Source of the DNA: an uncultured Mycolicibacterium sp.
Lineage (GTDB): Bacteria > Actinomycetota > Actinomycetes > Mycobacteriales > Mycobacteriaceae
Assembly: GCA_945957405.1 (NCBI GenBank)
Contig: CAMFLL010000001.1
Location: 1 to 56,164 of the forward strand
Reading direction: 5' to 3'
Length of the DNA: 56,164 bases
This document shows, piece by piece, positions 1-15,120 of this stretch (position 1 is its first letter; each line of letters begins with the position of its first letter). The notes under the pieces are model-generated. The model had not been told where the DNA came from, ran no database searches, and saw only the letters and a program-made list of their open reading frames with translations. The position numbers were made by a program, and so were the translations under genes.

Positions 1-1347
1 GTGTTCGAGCGTTCGCTGGATCTGCACCGTCGTCTGCTGCAGCAAGCGGGCCGGTGGGCGCACCGCGAACGGCGCGATGGGCAGCACCACGGTGGGAGGT
101 TCGGTGCCCGCTACGGGCACCGCTTCCGACGTGAGAGGGAAGGGCCGGGTTCGGATCGCCCACCTGACGACCGGCACCGTCGCCAGCCCTGCTGCGGTGA
201 GCAGCCCGCCGAGCAGCAGCCAGCCGACCTGCCCGATGCCCAGGCACAGGAACCCGAGCACCGCGGGTGCCACCGCAAACGCGGCGCCCAGGCCCATGTC
301 CTGCAGACCCACGTACTCGCTCTGCGCGTGCGCCGGCGCCAGTTCGAAACTCAGTGCGAATACGGCTGCCGCGTGGCACATCTCGCCTACCGAATGGACG
401 GCCACCGCCGCCAACAGGACCGCGGCGGAGGCCCACCCCGGCAGGCCGGAAGACACCGTCACGGCTCCGCAGGCGACCAGGAAGACAAACCCGGCGACGC
501 GCATGGCAGCGGCGCCCTGGCGGACGGTCGTGACCTTCCGGCCGACCCAGACCTGCAGCAAGACGACGCCTACCGTATTGACGATCAACACCGCGCCGAC
601 CATCCAGCGAGGCGCGTTGGTCGCCGTGGCGATCCACAGCGGCAGGGCGAAGGTGATGACCGCGTACTGCAGGCTCATCACCCCGTTGAGGATCGTGTAG
701 GCGATGAACGGTTTGTCCCGCAGCGCCACACCGGGCCGCGCACCAGGCGGGGCGGGCAGCGGCGCGAAGTACGGGAGCCTGGCGCACACCCACGCCCCGA
801 TCAGGAAGGTCGCGGCGTTGGCGAGGAACAGCACGTGATAAGCCGCCAGGGTGTGCAGTGTCAGCGCCAGAGCGCCGACGGCGGCGCCGATGCCGACGCC
901 GGCGTTCTCGATGGCCCGCAATTGCGAGCGGTATGCCGCCGCGCCCTCGCCGCCGACGCGACGGATGAGCCCGCCGCGCGACGCCCTCGACGCTGCCGTC
1001 GCCAGCATCTCCACGATGGTCACCACGACGAACATCCAGATGTGGGTGATGAAGACGTAGCCCACCATCGCCGCCGCCAGCACGACCAGGCTCAGTGCCG
1101 CGACACCGCGTGGGCCGCGGCGGTCGGCCAGGTGGCCCATCGGGACCCCGGCGAAGAGGCCGATCAATCCTGCGACGGCCAGCCACAGGCCGACCTCGGT
1201 GACCGAAAGGCCAAGCCCCTCTGTGAAATACAAGACCGAGGACGTCATGAACATGCCGGTGCCGATGTTGTAGATCCCGGTGCCCAAGCCCAGGCGGCGA
1301 CGTGCGCCGGGCTCGGGTACCAGGGTCGACAGCCAGTTGCCCATCAT
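1..1347 (-). CDS. MFS transporter (3' end runs off window)
   Basis: Not in ORF track. Manual translation from ATG at 1347 (TGATG overlap with upstream stop): MMGNWLSTLVPEPGARRRLGLGTGIYNIGTGMF...; MFS motif A 'GHLADRRGPR'; many hydrophobic segments; frame open to base 1. Confidence 0.85.
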   Translation of the reverse strand, partial: MMGNWLSTLVPEPGARRRLGLGTGIYNIGTGMFMTSSVLYFTEGLGLSVTEVGLWLAVAGLIGLFAGVPMGHLADRRGPRGVAALSLVVLAAAMVGYVFITHIWMFVVVTIVEMLATAASRASRGGLIRRVGGEGAAAYRSQLRAIENAGVGIGAAVGALALTLHTLAAYHVLFLANAATFLIGAWVCARLPYFAPLPAPPGARPGVALRDKPFIAYTILNGVMSLQYAVITFALPLWIATATNAPRWMVGAVLIVNTVGVVLLQVWVGRKVTTVRQGAAAMRVAGFVFLVACGAVTVSSGLPGWASAAVLLAAVAVHSVGEMCHAAAVFALSFELAPAHAQSEYVGLQDMGLGAAFAVAPAVLGFLCLGIGQVGWLLLGGLLTAAGLATVPVVRWAIRTRPFPLTSEAVPVAGTEPPTVVLPIAPFAVRPPARLLQQTTVQIQRTLEH

Positions 1348-3050
1348 CACGCCACTTCGCCGGCGGCCTGGTTGGTCATGAACGGGGCGATGGCACGGTT
1401 GCGGGGGCACGAGGCCGTCGATGGGCTGGCCAGATCGCGGTACCTGTCCCGCAGTTCGCGTTTGAGCACCTTGCCCGTCACGCCGACGGGGAAGTCTTCC
1501 GCGGTGACGGCGACGTCCAGGACTGCGATGCGGGGATGGCCCGCCTTCGCCAGAATGTCGTTGGCCTCTGCGAGCAGCCGCCCGGCCTCGGTCGGCGACT
1601 CGTCGGTGACGATGACAGCGACCGGGACGATTTCGTCGCCGTGGCGGCCTGCGACCACCGCGCAATCGTCGATGGTGCTGATCTCACTGAGCAGCACCTC
1701 CTCCATGAGCACCGAGTAGCCTGTGCCCTCAGCAGTCGCGATGGAGTCCTTTGTCCGGTCCACCACGAAGTAGTTGCCGTCGACGTCCTGGTACACAAAG
1801 TCGCCGGTGAGCCAATAACCGCCCAGCTTCGAGCGATAGGTGGTGTCCGAGTCGCCCCAGTACCCGGCGGTGATGGACGGGCCCTTGGCCCCGAAGAAAC
1901 CCACCTCGCCCACAGGCGCCTTACTGCCGTCCGGCCGCAGCACTGCAACCTCGAGGCCGGGATCGGGCTTGCCGACCCGCCGGTCCGAGCGTTCCGACGC
2001 CAGCGTCCGGGGCTGGACCACCAGGCCCCAGCCGAGTTCGGTCGTGCCGAACCGGTCGTAAAACGTGGGGGGCTCCTGGTCCGGGCTGCGCTTGGCCAGG
2101 ATCGCCTCGATGTGGGTCCCGTGGATGGCATCACCCATGTTGACCCAATAGTCGACTGAATCGAGAGTACCGCTTGGTGTTTCAAGCGCGGCCAACTCGG
2201 TGTAGGCGTGTGCGAATGCCATGACGCCCTTCGGCTGGTGCTGGTGTACGGCTGCCGCCAATCCCTCACCGCTCGGGTCGTAAAGCGCCACCAGCGGCGT
2301 GCCGGCGAGGATGGAGTAGGCGGTGTAGACAATGCACCCGAGATGTGACTGCGGTTGGGCGGTCATCATCCGCTCGTGGGCGGGCTCGATGTAGTTTTCC
2401 AGGCGGTAGCGAGGTCCGGCGACGCTGGACGCGTGGGTCTGTGTCACCGCCTTCGGAATTCCCGTCGTCCCCGACGAGTGCATGATCGACACCGGGTCCT
2501 CTCCAGCGTGTTTGAAGCGCCAGGCGGCGGGCAGTGCTGCCGGAGGTGGGGCGGGCAGGTCCTCGGCGAGCTGGACCCAACGCAGACCGTCAACCGATCC
2601 GATGCCCTCGTTGATGGTCGCGAGGCGGGACCGGTCGGTGTAGATCCCCACCGGCGTCGTGCGCTCGCACAGGCCGAGAGCAAGCGCCGGCGACGCCTTG
2701 CTGTTGATCAACACAGCGATGGCGCCCAACTGGGCGAGGGCGTTGAGGTGGATCGTGTAGGCGAACGAGTCCTCCATGTAGAGAGCCACCCGATCACGCG
2801 GGCCGACGCCCTGGTTGTGGTACCAGACCGACCAGCTCTGGACGAGTGAATCGAGCTGGGCCAGTGTGAACTCCGTTTGCTCCTCTCCCGCGGCGTTGAT
2901 CACCGGCCGGCCCGTCCGGATGAATGGAATGTGCGGGTCGGGGTGTACGGCCATCGCCGTCGCCAGCAGGTTGCCCCCGCCCAGCTCGGGCAGCGCCGCC
3001 AGTCGGGAACGTTCTTTCGGTGACAGCAGTGCGCGAGTGGCGATGGTCAT
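1347..3050 (-). CDS. Adenylate-forming enzyme / acyl-CoA synthetase (ANL family)
   Basis: P-loop HSSGTTGIPK, FGTTELG, TGD and C-terminal GKVLKR motifs. Confidence 0.9.
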   Translation of the reverse strand: MTIATRALLSPKERSRLAALPELGGGNLLATAMAVHPDPHIPFIRTGRPVINAAGEEQTEFTLAQLDSLVQSWSVWYHNQGVGPRDRVALYMEDSFAYTIHLNALAQLGAIAVLINSKASPALALGLCERTTPVGIYTDRSRLATINEGIGSVDGLRWVQLAEDLPAPPPAALPAAWRFKHAGEDPVSIMHSSGTTGIPKAVTQTHASSVAGPRYRLENYIEPAHERMMTAQPQSHLGCIVYTAYSILAGTPLVALYDPSGEGLAAAVHQHQPKGVMAFAHAYTELAALETPSGTLDSVDYWVNMGDAIHGTHIEAILAKRSPDQEPPTFYDRFGTTELGWGLVVQPRTLASERSDRRVGKPDPGLEVAVLRPDGSKAPVGEVGFFGAKGPSITAGYWGDSDTTYRSKLGGYWLTGDFVYQDVDGNYFVVDRTKDSIATAEGTGYSVLMEEVLLSEISTIDDCAVVAGRHGDEIVPVAVIVTDESPTEAGRLLAEANDILAKAGHPRIAVLDVAVTAEDFPVGVTGKVLKRELRDRYRDLASPSTASCPRNRAIAPFMTNQAAGEVA

Positions 3051-3095
3051 CGGTGGACTCCTTGGTCGGTGAGTATGATTGGATGAGTGGGGATT

Positions 3096-4339
3096 TCAGT
3101 AATTGAACCCGAGGGCACGGGCGGCCGTCTCGAGGTCGTGCTGCTGATGCAGGGCGGACACGGCGAAGCGCATCAGTCCGGTCCCCCTGGCAACCGTGGG
3201 GTAGAAGGCGGGCAGAACCAGGACACCGGCCCGCTTCAATCGGCGGGCAGCTGCGAACGCAGCTTCCTCGGTGTCGAATACCGCGCCCCGGACCGGTGAG
3301 TGCAGCCCGGCATTGACAAGCGTTCCGCCTGTCAGCCGATCGAACTCAGCGGCGTTGTGCCAGAGCCGCTTTTGCAGCGCGGCCACCTGGCCGTCGACGT
3401 GCAACCGGCCAGCGGCGACGTTGGCCGCCAGCATGGGCAGCATGATCGAATGCCCGAATACCAACGGGTTGGCAAACTTTCGCAGGATTCGCATGTCTTC
3501 GTGGCTCGGCACCACCGCGAAACCGCCTGCACCGCCGAAGGCCTTCGACAGCGAGCCGGCGAGCACCACATTCTCGGGAAGTGTCCCGCCCAACGCTTCC
3601 AACGCGTAGCCGGCGCCGAGTGGGCCGTCGATCGAGACCCCGTGCGCGTCATCCACATACAGATGACCACCGACCGGCTCGAGGATGGCCCGCATCGAAG
3701 CCACGTCGATCAGGCCGCCCATCGAGCCGACACCGTCGACCAACGCGATCGGCGTCCGACCGGTGGCCGCGACCTCGCGGACCGCTGCGGGGAGTGCCGC
3801 TGGATCGGTCATGTCGAAACGCCGCGTCGGTCCGATCTGCTCGAGCACACCGCGGATCACCTGGATAGAGGCGTGCGCCGTCTTCTCGACGAGGAACGCG
3901 ACGCCGGCATCGGCCACGGGATAGCTGGGCAGGGCACCGGCGCCGAGCAGCGGGAGCAAGCCCAGATGGACGTTACTCACCGAGGTGAAAGCGGCCACTT
4001 GGGCGCGGCCGTACATGACAGACAGGAGCTCCTCCAACTCGCCGAGGTAGGGCGGGCGTCCGCGGTTACGCGACGTGGAGAAGTGCAGCCCGAACCGGCC
4101 CATCGCCTCGGTTGCCGCCGCGATCAGATCGGGGTGTGTCTCCAGGCCGAGGTACGAGCACGAGACGAATTCCACGGCCTCGCTGCCGTCGGTCAGGGTG
4201 ACCTGCTTGCCGTCCCGCGCGGTGATGACATGTCCGGTCAGGCCCTCCGCGAAGGCCCGATCGAGCGAGTCCGAGGTCTTGCTGACGCGGGATGAAACCC
4301 AGTTGGGCCTGGCCGACGTTCGGATGTCCATCAGGTCCG

Positions 4340-4343
<4 letters not shown>
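3096..4343 (-). CDS. PLP-dependent alpha-oxoamine synthase (BioF/Kbl family, PapD-like candidate)
   Basis: SYLGL, HASI, DGVGSMGG, VDDAHG and GSLSKAFG (PLP lysine) motifs. Confidence 0.88.
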
Positions 4344-7709
<3,366 letters not shown>

Positions 7710-7739
7710 GATTTGATCTCCCGTTTCTCGGAACTTCCG

Positions 7740-9143
7740 TCAACCACTGATTCCGTGCTGGTAAAGGACCGGCACCTTGCCCCGCTGTGTGCGCGCGAAC
7801 TGATCGATGCCTGCGTGGTGCACCTCGAAAGCCAGGCACCGTGGGCTCACGATGACCTCGTGGATTTCGTGGGCACCGCGCAGTGCGGCTCGGACCGTGT
7901 CAGTCGTGAAACCGTCTGGGGTGGCCGCGGAGAGGAGTAGACGCACCCGATAGCGGTGGCCTTCCCACAGGACCTGGAACTGACAGTCGGCAGGCCTGGA
8001 CACGCCAAACGCACTCAGCGCAGCCAGGAGATGGTCGCTGGAGAAGGTGATCGTGTCGACCGTCATCGAGTTCGGCATGCGGCCGAGCAGCAGGATCGAT
8101 CGGGCGGCGCTGCCACAGCCGCAGGCGCCGGTCAGCAGTTGGCCCCGATCACCGAGCCGATAGCGCATCAGCGCCATCCCCGACGTCGTCAGGGGTGTGA
8201 CGACGAGTTCGCCTGGCGTTCCTGGGGGCAATGGCCTACCGGCCTCGTCGACGACCTCCACCACGTTGGCGTCTTCGTGCAGGTGGTGCACCGCGCCCGT
8301 CTGGTGTCGGCACTGGTAGCCCAGAGGCCCGGTCTCGGACGTCGAATAGGCCAGTGACCGCACGACGAGGTCCGGTGCGGCTGAGCGCACGATGCGCTCC
8401 CGCTCGGCTCCCAGCGATTCACCGATGAACAGATAGTTCCGCAGTGGCAGGTCTTCGGCTCCCGCCAACAACTCGGCACCATATGCCGGTGACGCCACCA
8501 ATGTGTCGATCCCGTGGGCCGCGATGACGGCGGCGGCATCGGCGGGTGCGGTGTACTCGCCCATAGGAAATGACAGCGCCGGCAGGGACCGGGTGATGTC
8601 CTGGACGAACAGGAACGCTCCGTTCAAGTCCCCGGGAAACAGGCAATTGGCCACCCGGGTCGGTGGCGTCTGCAAGGCCGCGCGAACCCCACGCACCCCC
8701 AGGTGTCCGACCCGCTCGGTGAAATCCCATGAGTGATACAGAACTTTCGGCCGACTGGCGGTCCCGCTGGATCGCAGCACGAGCCCGGGGCTCTGATCGA
8801 AGAGGAGATCATCAGAATGCGGTGGGCAACCTGCGGCCAGATCCGCGGCGCAGAGAAGGGGCAGCGAAGCAAGATCCTCCACCGTGGCGCTGATTTCCAG
8901 GGCCTCGAGCCCGGGGAAGCGCCGCCAGACGTTGACGGACTGGCGCGCGGCTGCCAGCGTGGCGCGCAGATTGTGCTGTTGCAGGACGTCGATCTCGTCG
9001 CGGGAAAGCGAGTCGAGGTGATCAGCGAGGCGGATACCTGCCACGTCACGGAACCCTGGCTCGCTCGGCTGATCGCCGGCCGGAATGGTCGTCTTCGCCC
9101 GAAATCCCCGCGTCAGGGCCGTGTTGCGGGTGTAGGTGGTCAT
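7740..9143 (-). CDS. Phenylacetate-CoA ligase (PaaK/F390)-like adenylate-forming protein
   Basis: SSGTASRPK, YSTSETG, GELVVT, MRYRLGD, CGCG motifs. Confidence 0.82.
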   Translation of the reverse strand: MTTYTRNTALTRGFRAKTTIPAGDQPSEPGFRDVAGIRLADHLDSLSRDEIDVLQQHNLRATLAAARQSVNVWRRFPGLEALEISATVEDLASLPLLCAADLAAGCPPHSDDLLFDQSPGLVLRSSGTASRPKVLYHSWDFTERVGHLGVRGVRAALQTPPTRVANCLFPGDLNGAFLFVQDITRSLPALSFPMGEYTAPADAAAVIAAHGIDTLVASPAYGAELLAGAEDLPLRNYLFIGESLGAERERIVRSAAPDLVVRSLAYSTSETGPLGYQCRHQTGAVHHLHEDANVVEVVDEAGRPLPPGTPGELVVTPLTTSGMALMRYRLGDRGQLLTGACGCGSAARSILLLGRMPNSMTVDTITFSSDHLLAALSAFGVSRPADCQFQVLWEGHRYRVRLLLSAATPDGFTTDTVRAALRGAHEIHEVIVSPRCLAFEVHHAGIDQFARTQRGKVPVLYQHGISG

Positions 9144-9400
9144 GACTCAAATGGTCGTGATCACGCCCTGCCTACGTAATCGCCGGCGATACCAGAATCA
9201 GCCTGTCGATGGGATAGGTTTTCCTACCCGCCGGGTAAGCACCGGGCTATGTTGGCGACGGTTGAACCGAGTTCCGGGCGCACATGCCGGTCGTTGACTG
9301 GCGGCCTGCCTACTCACCGAGTTCGACGCCATGGCTGTGACTGCTCCAGATGCACAGCCATAGCGTCAAACTCGGCGCATCATGACCACTGCGGCCAGGC

Positions 9401-10579
9401 CTATCCGGCGACCATGCAGTCGATCGCCGCGGCACTGAGCACATGGTCGAGCACCATGACCGCTCCGCCGATCACACCTGAGCGGTCGCCGTGCACCGAG
9501 GGTTCGACCTGCAGCCGCCTGGTTGCCAACGCAGTCGCCTTGCCGTACAACGCTTCTCGCAGTCCGGCGACGAACACGTCGTAGGCGCCGACCATGTCCC
9601 CCGCGACGATGAGCACGGCCGGGTTGAGCAGGTTGACCGCGGCGGCCAGAACGTCGCCGATGTGTCTGCCGCTGTCGCGGATCAGGCGACGCGCATCCGG
9701 ATTACCGTTGTTGGCCAACTCCACGACATCGCGCAGATGACCGACGTCCTCCCCGGCATCCTGCAGGGCCCGCACCAGCGCCCAGCCGCCGGCGATCGCT
9801 TCGAGGCAACCGGTGTCACCGCATCGGCACGCAAGACCTTCGGCGGCCTGGGTTTTGTTGTGCCCGAACTCGCCGGCGGCGTGCATGGCACCTCGATAGA
9901 CGGAGCCGTCGGCGATGATTCCCGCCCCGAGCCCCGTTGACGCCTTGACCACCAGCAGATCCTTCAGTGCCGCGCGGTCACCGTGCCGCTCGACCGCCGC
10001 GATGACATTGGCGTCGTTGTCGAGGAGCACCGGCGCACCCGTCAGTTCGGCGAAGTACGGCGGCAGGGGGACGCCGTCCCAGCCGGTCATGACGGGATAA
10101 CTCAAGCTGCAGCCGCGTTGCTGGTCGACGGGGCCGGGCAGGCTCAGACCGACGCCGTAGATCGGCAGGTGACGACGGTCCGCGTCGTCGATCAGCCCGT
10201 CGAGCCGTTTGACGATGTCGGGCATCAGGTCGTCGGGACGCAGGCCCGGCGCCTGGTCGATGTCGGCGGACGCCAGGATGTCGCCGGCCAGGTTGCACAC
10301 GGCAAGCCGGGTGCGGCTTCGGCCGATTGCCGCAGACAGCACGATGCCCGCGTCGGCGTTGAAGGACAGCAGGGCCGCGGGCCGCCCGCCGGTCGGCGAC
10401 GTCTGCTCCCGTTCGATCACCAGCCCCCGGGCGACAAGCGCATCAACCCGAGACGTCACCGCCGTCCGCGACAGGCCCGTCAGATGCCTGATTTCACCGC
10501 GAGTGATGTCTTCGCGTTCCTTGATGAGTGAGTACAGATCGCCGGTGGACATCGGCACTGAAGTCCTCGTGAAAGGCAT
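9401..10579 (-). CDS. ROK family transcriptional regulator
   Basis: N-terminal HTH (TRGEIRHLTGLSRTAVTSRVDAL), GGRP, DNDAN, AGEFGH, CRCGDTGCLE. Start uncertain (10579 or 10552). Confidence 0.92.
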   Translation of the reverse strand: MPFTRTSVPMSTGDLYSLIKEREDITRGEIRHLTGLSRTAVTSRVDALVARGLVIEREQTSPTGGRPAALLSFNADAGIVLSAAIGRSRTRLAVCNLAGDILASADIDQAPGLRPDDLMPDIVKRLDGLIDDADRRHLPIYGVGLSLPGPVDQQRGCSLSYPVMTGWDGVPLPPYFAELTGAPVLLDNDANVIAAVERHGDRAALKDLLVVKASTGLGAGIIADGSVYRGAMHAAGEFGHNKTQAAEGLACRCGDTGCLEAIAGGWALVRALQDAGEDVGHLRDVVELANNGNPDARRLIRDSGRHIGDVLAAAVNLLNPAVLIVAGDMVGAYDVFVAGLREALYGKATALATRRLQVEPSVHGDRSGVIGGAVMVLDHVLSAAAIDCMVAG

Positions 10580-10602
10580 GTTCCGAGGGTAGCGGGACAC
10601 TA

Positions 10603-10641
10603 TTAGGTATTTCAAATACCTAACTTGCGCTTGAAAAGTTA
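10603..10641. promoter_or_regulatory. Candidate operator palindromes between ROK gene and zwf
   Basis: Perfect inverted repeat TTAGGTATTT-C-AAATACCTAA (10603-10623) overlapping TAACTT-N9-AAGTTA (10621-10641) in an AT-rich divergent gap. Confidence 0.6.
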
Positions 10642-10697
10642 AATCTGAATCGTTACAGTCCTCTCCAACGACGGGAACACCCACAGGGAGGAACCTC

Positions 10698-12173
10698 ATG
10701 TCGGCCATCAACCCGGTTGACCCGTGCGACTTCGTCATCTTCGGCGGTACGGGCGATCTGGCAGTTCGTAAGCTGCTGCCCGCGCTCTACCTGCGGGATC
10801 GCGACGGTCAGCTCACCGAGACGACCCGGATCATCGCCGTGGCGCGGGCCGGCCTGGACGAACCGGGCTACCGCGACAAAATCGCCGCCGAGCTCGGTCG
10901 CTTCGTCAGTGCTGACCTACTCGACACGGACACCACCGCCCGCTTTCTGCAACGCCTTCGGTTCGTCAGCATCGATTTCTCCGACGCATCGGACTTCGGC
11001 TCGGTCACCGACATCCTGGTGTCCTCACCCAACGAGATCCGGGTGTTCTACCTCGCTTGCGCCCCGAGCCTGTTCGGCGGCATCTGCGCCGCGCTGGGGC
11101 AACACGGCCTGGTCACCACCTCGTCGCGGGTGGTGCTCGAGAAGCCGATCGGCCGCGACCTCGCGTCGGCGCAAGCCATCAACGACGCAGTCGGCGCCGT
11201 GTTCAACGAGAACCAGATCTTCCGCATCGACCACTACCTGGGCAAGGAGAGCGTGCAGAACCTGCTCGTCACAAGGTTCGCCAACACTTTGCTCGAACCA
11301 CTGTGGAACTCCAGCTGGATCGACCACGTCCAGATCACCGTGGCCGAATCCCTCGGCGTCGGAACCCGCGGCGGCTACTACGACAATTCCGGTGCGCTGC
11401 GCGACATGCTGCAGAACCACCTGCTGCAGGTGCTGTGTCTGGTCGCGATGGAGCCACCCACCTATGTCGACCGCGAGACCGTGCGTGACGAGAAACTCAA
11501 GGTACTGCAGGCGTTGGCCCCGCTGACCACCGACGACATCAAGCGCAACACCGTCACCGGGCAGTACGGCCCCGGACTCGCCGACGGTGCCGTGGTCACC
11601 GGCTACCGCGACGAAATCGACAGTCCCGACAGCACCACCGAGACGTTCGTGGCCGTCAAGGCCGCGATCAACAACTGGCGCTGGGCCGGTGTGCCGTTCT
11701 ATCTGCGCACCGGAAAGCGTATGGCGCAACGGCATTCGCAGATCGTCGTCCAATTCAAACCCGTTCCGCACCCGATGTTCCCTGGCAGCGACGGCACCAC
11801 CGAGCCCAACCGCTTGGTCATCTCCCTGCAGCCCGATGAGGAGATGCGGTTGGAGTTCACCGCCAAGGAGCCGGGGCCCGGTGGGATCCGCCTGCGCCCG
11901 GTCTCATTGGCCCTGAACTACACCCAGGCGTTCCAGCGTCGCTCGCCCGACGCCTACGAGCGGCTGCTGATGGACGTCGTTCGCGGCGATCCCACGCTGT
12001 TCATGCGCCGCGACGAGGTTGAAGCCGCCTGGGCTTGGGCCGAACCGATCCTGCATCACTGGCAGAACGAAAAGCGGGTTCCACGGACGTACCCCGCCGG
12101 CACCGACGGTCCCGTCGATGCCGTCATCCTGCTCGAACGCGATGGACGCCGCTGGCATGAAGGAGCCGCATGA
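10698..12173 (+). CDS. zwf: Glucose-6-phosphate 1-dehydrogenase
   Basis: [41 protein letters not shown] motifs. Confidence 0.97.
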   Translation: MSAINPVDPCDFVIFGGTGDLAVRKLLPALYLRDRDGQLTETTRIIAVARAGLDEPGYRDKIAAELGRFVSADLLDTDTTARFLQRLRFVSIDFSDASDFGSVTDILVSSPNEIRVFYLACAPSLFGGICAALGQHGLVTTSSRVVLEKPIGRDLASAQAINDAVGAVFNENQIFRIDHYLGKESVQNLLVTRFANTLLEPLWNSSWIDHVQITVAESLGVGTRGGYYDNSGALRDMLQNHLLQVLCLVAMEPPTYVDRETVRDEKLKVLQALAPLTTDDIKRNTVTGQYGPGLADGAVVTGYRDEIDSPDSTTETFVAVKAAINNWRWAGVPFYLRTGKRMAQRHSQIVVQFKPVPHPMFPGSDGTTEPNRLVISLQPDEEMRLEFTAKEPGPGGIRLRPVSLALNYTQAFQRRSPDAYERLLMDVVRGDPTLFMRRDEVEAAWAWAEPILHHWQNEKRVPRTYPAGTDGPVDAVILLERDGRRWHEGAA

Positions 12174-13993
12174 TGCACCCCGTCATCACCGAAGTCACCA
12201 ACCGGATCGTGGCGCGTAGCAGCGAACAGCGCAGCGCCTACCTACGACGCCTCGACGCCGCGGTCGAACGCGGACCGGCGCGAGGCAGGCTGGCGTGCGC
12301 CAACCTGGCCCACGGATTCGCCGCCTCCAACACCCGCGACAAGGGGGCGCTGCGCGCGTTGGTCAAGCCCAACGTCGCGATCGTGTCGTCCTACAACGAC
12401 ATGCTCTCGGCGCACAAACCGTTCGAGAGTTACCCCGCCCAGCTCAAACAGGCGGTCATCGCGGGAGGCGGCATCGCGCAGTTCGCCGGTGGAGTGCCCG
12501 CGATGTGCGACGGCATCACTCAGGGCCGCGAAGGCATGCAGCTGTCCCTCTTCTCGCGGGACGTCATCGCCATGGCGACCGCAATTGCGTTGTCGCACGA
12601 CATGTTCGACGCCGCGCTGCTGCTCGGCGTCTGCGACAAGATCGTGCCGGGAATGTTGATCGGCGCGTTGGGATTCGGACACCTGCCGGCGATCTTCGTT
12701 CCGGCCGGACCGATGACGTCCGGGCTGCCCAACTCCGAGAAAGCCAAGGTGCGCCAGCTCTACGCCGAGGGCAAGGTGGGCCGCGACGCCCTCCTCGAGG
12801 CCGAAGCTGCGTCCTATCACAGCAGCGGCACCTGCACCTTCTATGGCACCGCCAACTCCAATCAGCTGCTGATGGAAGCAATGGGCCTGCACCTGCCCGG
12901 GTCGAGCCTGGTCAACCCCGACAACCCGCTCCGGCAGGCGTTGACCACGGCGGCAGGCTCACGAATCGCCGCGTTGACCGCCCTTGGCGACGAGTACACG
13001 CCGGTCGGCCATGTCGTCGACGAACGGGCCATCGTCAACGGTTGCGTCGCCCTGCTGGCCACCGGCGGGTCGACCAATCACACCCTGCACCTGGTCGCCA
13101 TCGCCCGGGCTGCTGGAATCGAACTGTCCTGGAACGACATCGCCGACCTCTCGGCCGTCGTGCCGCTGCTGGCTCGCGTCTATCCGAACGGGACCGCGGA
13201 CGTCAACCACTTCCACGCGGCTGGCGGAATCGGGCTGGTCATCAACTCCCTGCTCGACGCAGGACTGATGCATGACGACGTGTTGACCGTGGCCGGGCCG
13301 GGCCTGCGCCGCTACACCAGCGAACCGCGCCTCGTCGGGGAAGGCATCACCTGGATCGACGGCGTGCAATCCAGCATGGACAGCAGCGTTGTGCGCACCG
13401 TCGATGATCCGTTCGCCCCCGACGGCGGACTCAAGACCCTCGACGGCAATCTCGGTATCAGCGTCATCAAGACCTCAGCGGTCGACCCGCGTCACCGCGT
13501 CGTGACCGCACCGGCGATTGTGTTCGACAGCCAGGAGCAATTCCTCGACGCCTTCCAATCCGGGCAGCTGGAACAAGATTTCGTGGCCGTGGTCCGTTAC
13601 CAGGGCCCGCAGGGATTGGGCATGCCGGAACTGCACAAGCTCACACCCCCGCTCGGAGTTCTGCAGGACCGCGGCTTCAAGGTCGCGATCGTCACCGATG
13701 GCCGCATGTCCGGCGCATCTGGGAAGGTCCCGGCCGCAATCCATCTCACCCCCGAAGCTGCCGCGGGCGGCCCGCTCACCCGTGTTGTCGACGGCGATCT
13801 CATCACTCTCGACGCCAACACCGGCACCCTGACACTGCACGTCGACGACGACGAACTCGTCGGCCGAGTCCCCACCGGCCGCGCACCCACCCCCGACGAA
13901 TGGGTGGGTACCGGCCGCGACCTGTTCGCCACCATGCGTGCCGCGGTCGGCCCAGCCGACCAAGGTGCCACCGTATTCAGGAGCGTTTCATGA
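12170..13993 (+). CDS. edd: Phosphogluconate dehydratase
   Basis: [51 protein letters not shown] motifs; ATGA overlap with zwf. Confidence 0.96.
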   Translation: MMHPVITEVTNRIVARSSEQRSAYLRRLDAAVERGPARGRLACANLAHGFAASNTRDKGALRALVKPNVAIVSSYNDMLSAHKPFESYPAQLKQAVIAGGGIAQFAGGVPAMCDGITQGREGMQLSLFSRDVIAMATAIALSHDMFDAALLLGVCDKIVPGMLIGALGFGHLPAIFVPAGPMTSGLPNSEKAKVRQLYAEGKVGRDALLEAEAASYHSSGTCTFYGTANSNQLLMEAMGLHLPGSSLVNPDNPLRQALTTAAGSRIAALTALGDEYTPVGHVVDERAIVNGCVALLATGGSTNHTLHLVAIARAAGIELSWNDIADLSAVVPLLARVYPNGTADVNHFHAAGGIGLVINSLLDAGLMHDDVLTVAGPGLRRYTSEPRLVGEGITWIDGVQSSMDSSVVRTVDDPFAPDGGLKTLDGNLGISVIKTSAVDPRHRVVTAPAIVFDSQEQFLDAFQSGQLEQDFVAVVRYQGPQGLGMPELHKLTPPLGVLQDRGFKVAIVTDGRMSGASGKVPAAIHLTPEAAAGGPLTRVVDGDLITLDANTGTLTLHVDDDELVGRVPTGRAPTPDEWVGTGRDLFATMRAAVGPADQGATVFRSVS

Positions 13994-14634
13994 CACATCT
14001 TCCCTCGTTACTCGACCTGGTTCCCGTCATCCCCGTCGTGGTCATCCACGATCCTGGCGATGCCGTACCGATTGCGCGGGCGCTGGTCGAAGGAGGACTC
14101 CCGGTCATCGAACTGACCCTGCGCACCCCGTCGGCGATGGAGTGCATCGAACGCATCGCGGCCGAGGTGCCCGACATCGTGCTCGGCGCCGGCACCATCG
14201 TCGACACCACCCAGCCCAAGCAGGCGCTGGCCGCCGGAGCACAGTTCCTGGTGTCCCCCGGCTCGACAGCCGATTTACGGGCCGCCATGCGCGACAGCGG
14301 ATTACCCCATCTGCCTGGTGTCGCAACGGTCTCGGAAGTCATGACCGTCGCCGAAGAGGGCTACCGCGAGATGAAGTTCTTCCCGGCCGAGGTCGCCGGT
14401 GGCACCCCCTATCTGAAGGCCATTCACTCGCCCATCCCGTCGGTGCGGTTCTGCCCGACCGGCGGCATCACGCCCGCCAGCGCCTCGTCGTATCTGGACC
14501 TGCCCAACGTGGGATGTGTCGGAGGCAGCTGGCTGACGCCGGCCGGCGCCATCGCGCAGCGGGACTGGACGGCCGTGTCCGACCTGGCCCGGGCGGCCAG
14601 CGAACTCGCTCCACGTGCCGAAGCGCGGGTCTGA
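13990..14634 (+). CDS. eda: KDPG/KHG aldolase
   Basis: PVIPVV, ELTLRT, GAGT, FLVSPG, KFFPAE, FCPTGG; start ATG 13990 overlaps edd stop. Confidence 0.95.
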   Translation: MTHLPSLLDLVPVIPVVVIHDPGDAVPIARALVEGGLPVIELTLRTPSAMECIERIAAEVPDIVLGAGTIVDTTQPKQALAAGAQFLVSPGSTADLRAAMRDSGLPHLPGVATVSEVMTVAEEGYREMKFFPAEVAGGTPYLKAIHSPIPSVRFCPTGGITPASASSYLDLPNVGCVGGSWLTPAGAIAQRDWTAVSDLARAASELAPRAEARV

Positions 14635-14694
14635 GGAGGCCGTTCTCGGCACCGCATCTCGACGGCAGCGCCACCTGTGGTGTTGAATCCGTCA

Positions 14695-15120
14695 ATGCTG
14701 ACCAGCTCTGAGGTGCTCCTCGCGGCCGACCGCTTGGTTGCGGCCTTCGCCGCCACCGATACCGACGCTTACTTCGGCTGCTTCGCACCCGAAGCGACCT
14801 TCGTCTTCTACCCCGAACCCGCACGCCTGGGCGATCGCGCCGAGTACGAGCAGCTGTGGGCGTCATGGCTCGAGGGCGGATGGCGGGTCGAGACCTGCAC
14901 CAGCAGCGATCGCCTGGTGCAGGTCTACGGCGACACCGCGATCTTCACCCACACCGTGGACACCGTCGTATCGGTCGAGGGCGAGCACACCGCCACGCGA
15001 GAGCGCGAAACCATCGTGTTCGTGCAGGACGGCGACCGCCTGCTGGCCGTCCACGAACACCTGTCGTCAGCGCCGGACTCCGCCGACGCCGATGGCAGCG
15101 GCGGTGATGCCGATGCCTGA
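14695..15120 (+). CDS. NTF2/SnoaL-like (YybH-type) protein
   Basis: LVAAF...DAYFGCFAPEATF...RETIVF...LLAVHEHLS pattern. Confidence 0.8.
   Translation: MLTSSEVLLAADRLVAAFAATDTDAYFGCFAPEATFVFYPEPARLGDRAEYEQLWASWLEGGWRVETCTSSDRLVQVYGDTAIFTHTVDTVVSVEGEHTATRERETIVFVQDGDRLLAVHEHLSSAPDSADADGSGGDADA

Noticed and set aside
1-1719. 572-aa plus-strand ORF
   Set aside because: Arg/His-rich antisense shadow of the MFS and ligase genes; no motifs.
9210-9246. Short palindromes upstream of the pap cluster (GATAGG-TTTT-CCTACC; TACCCG-C-CGGGTA)
   Set aside because: Too short or imperfect in GC-rich DNA to call an operator without comparative data.
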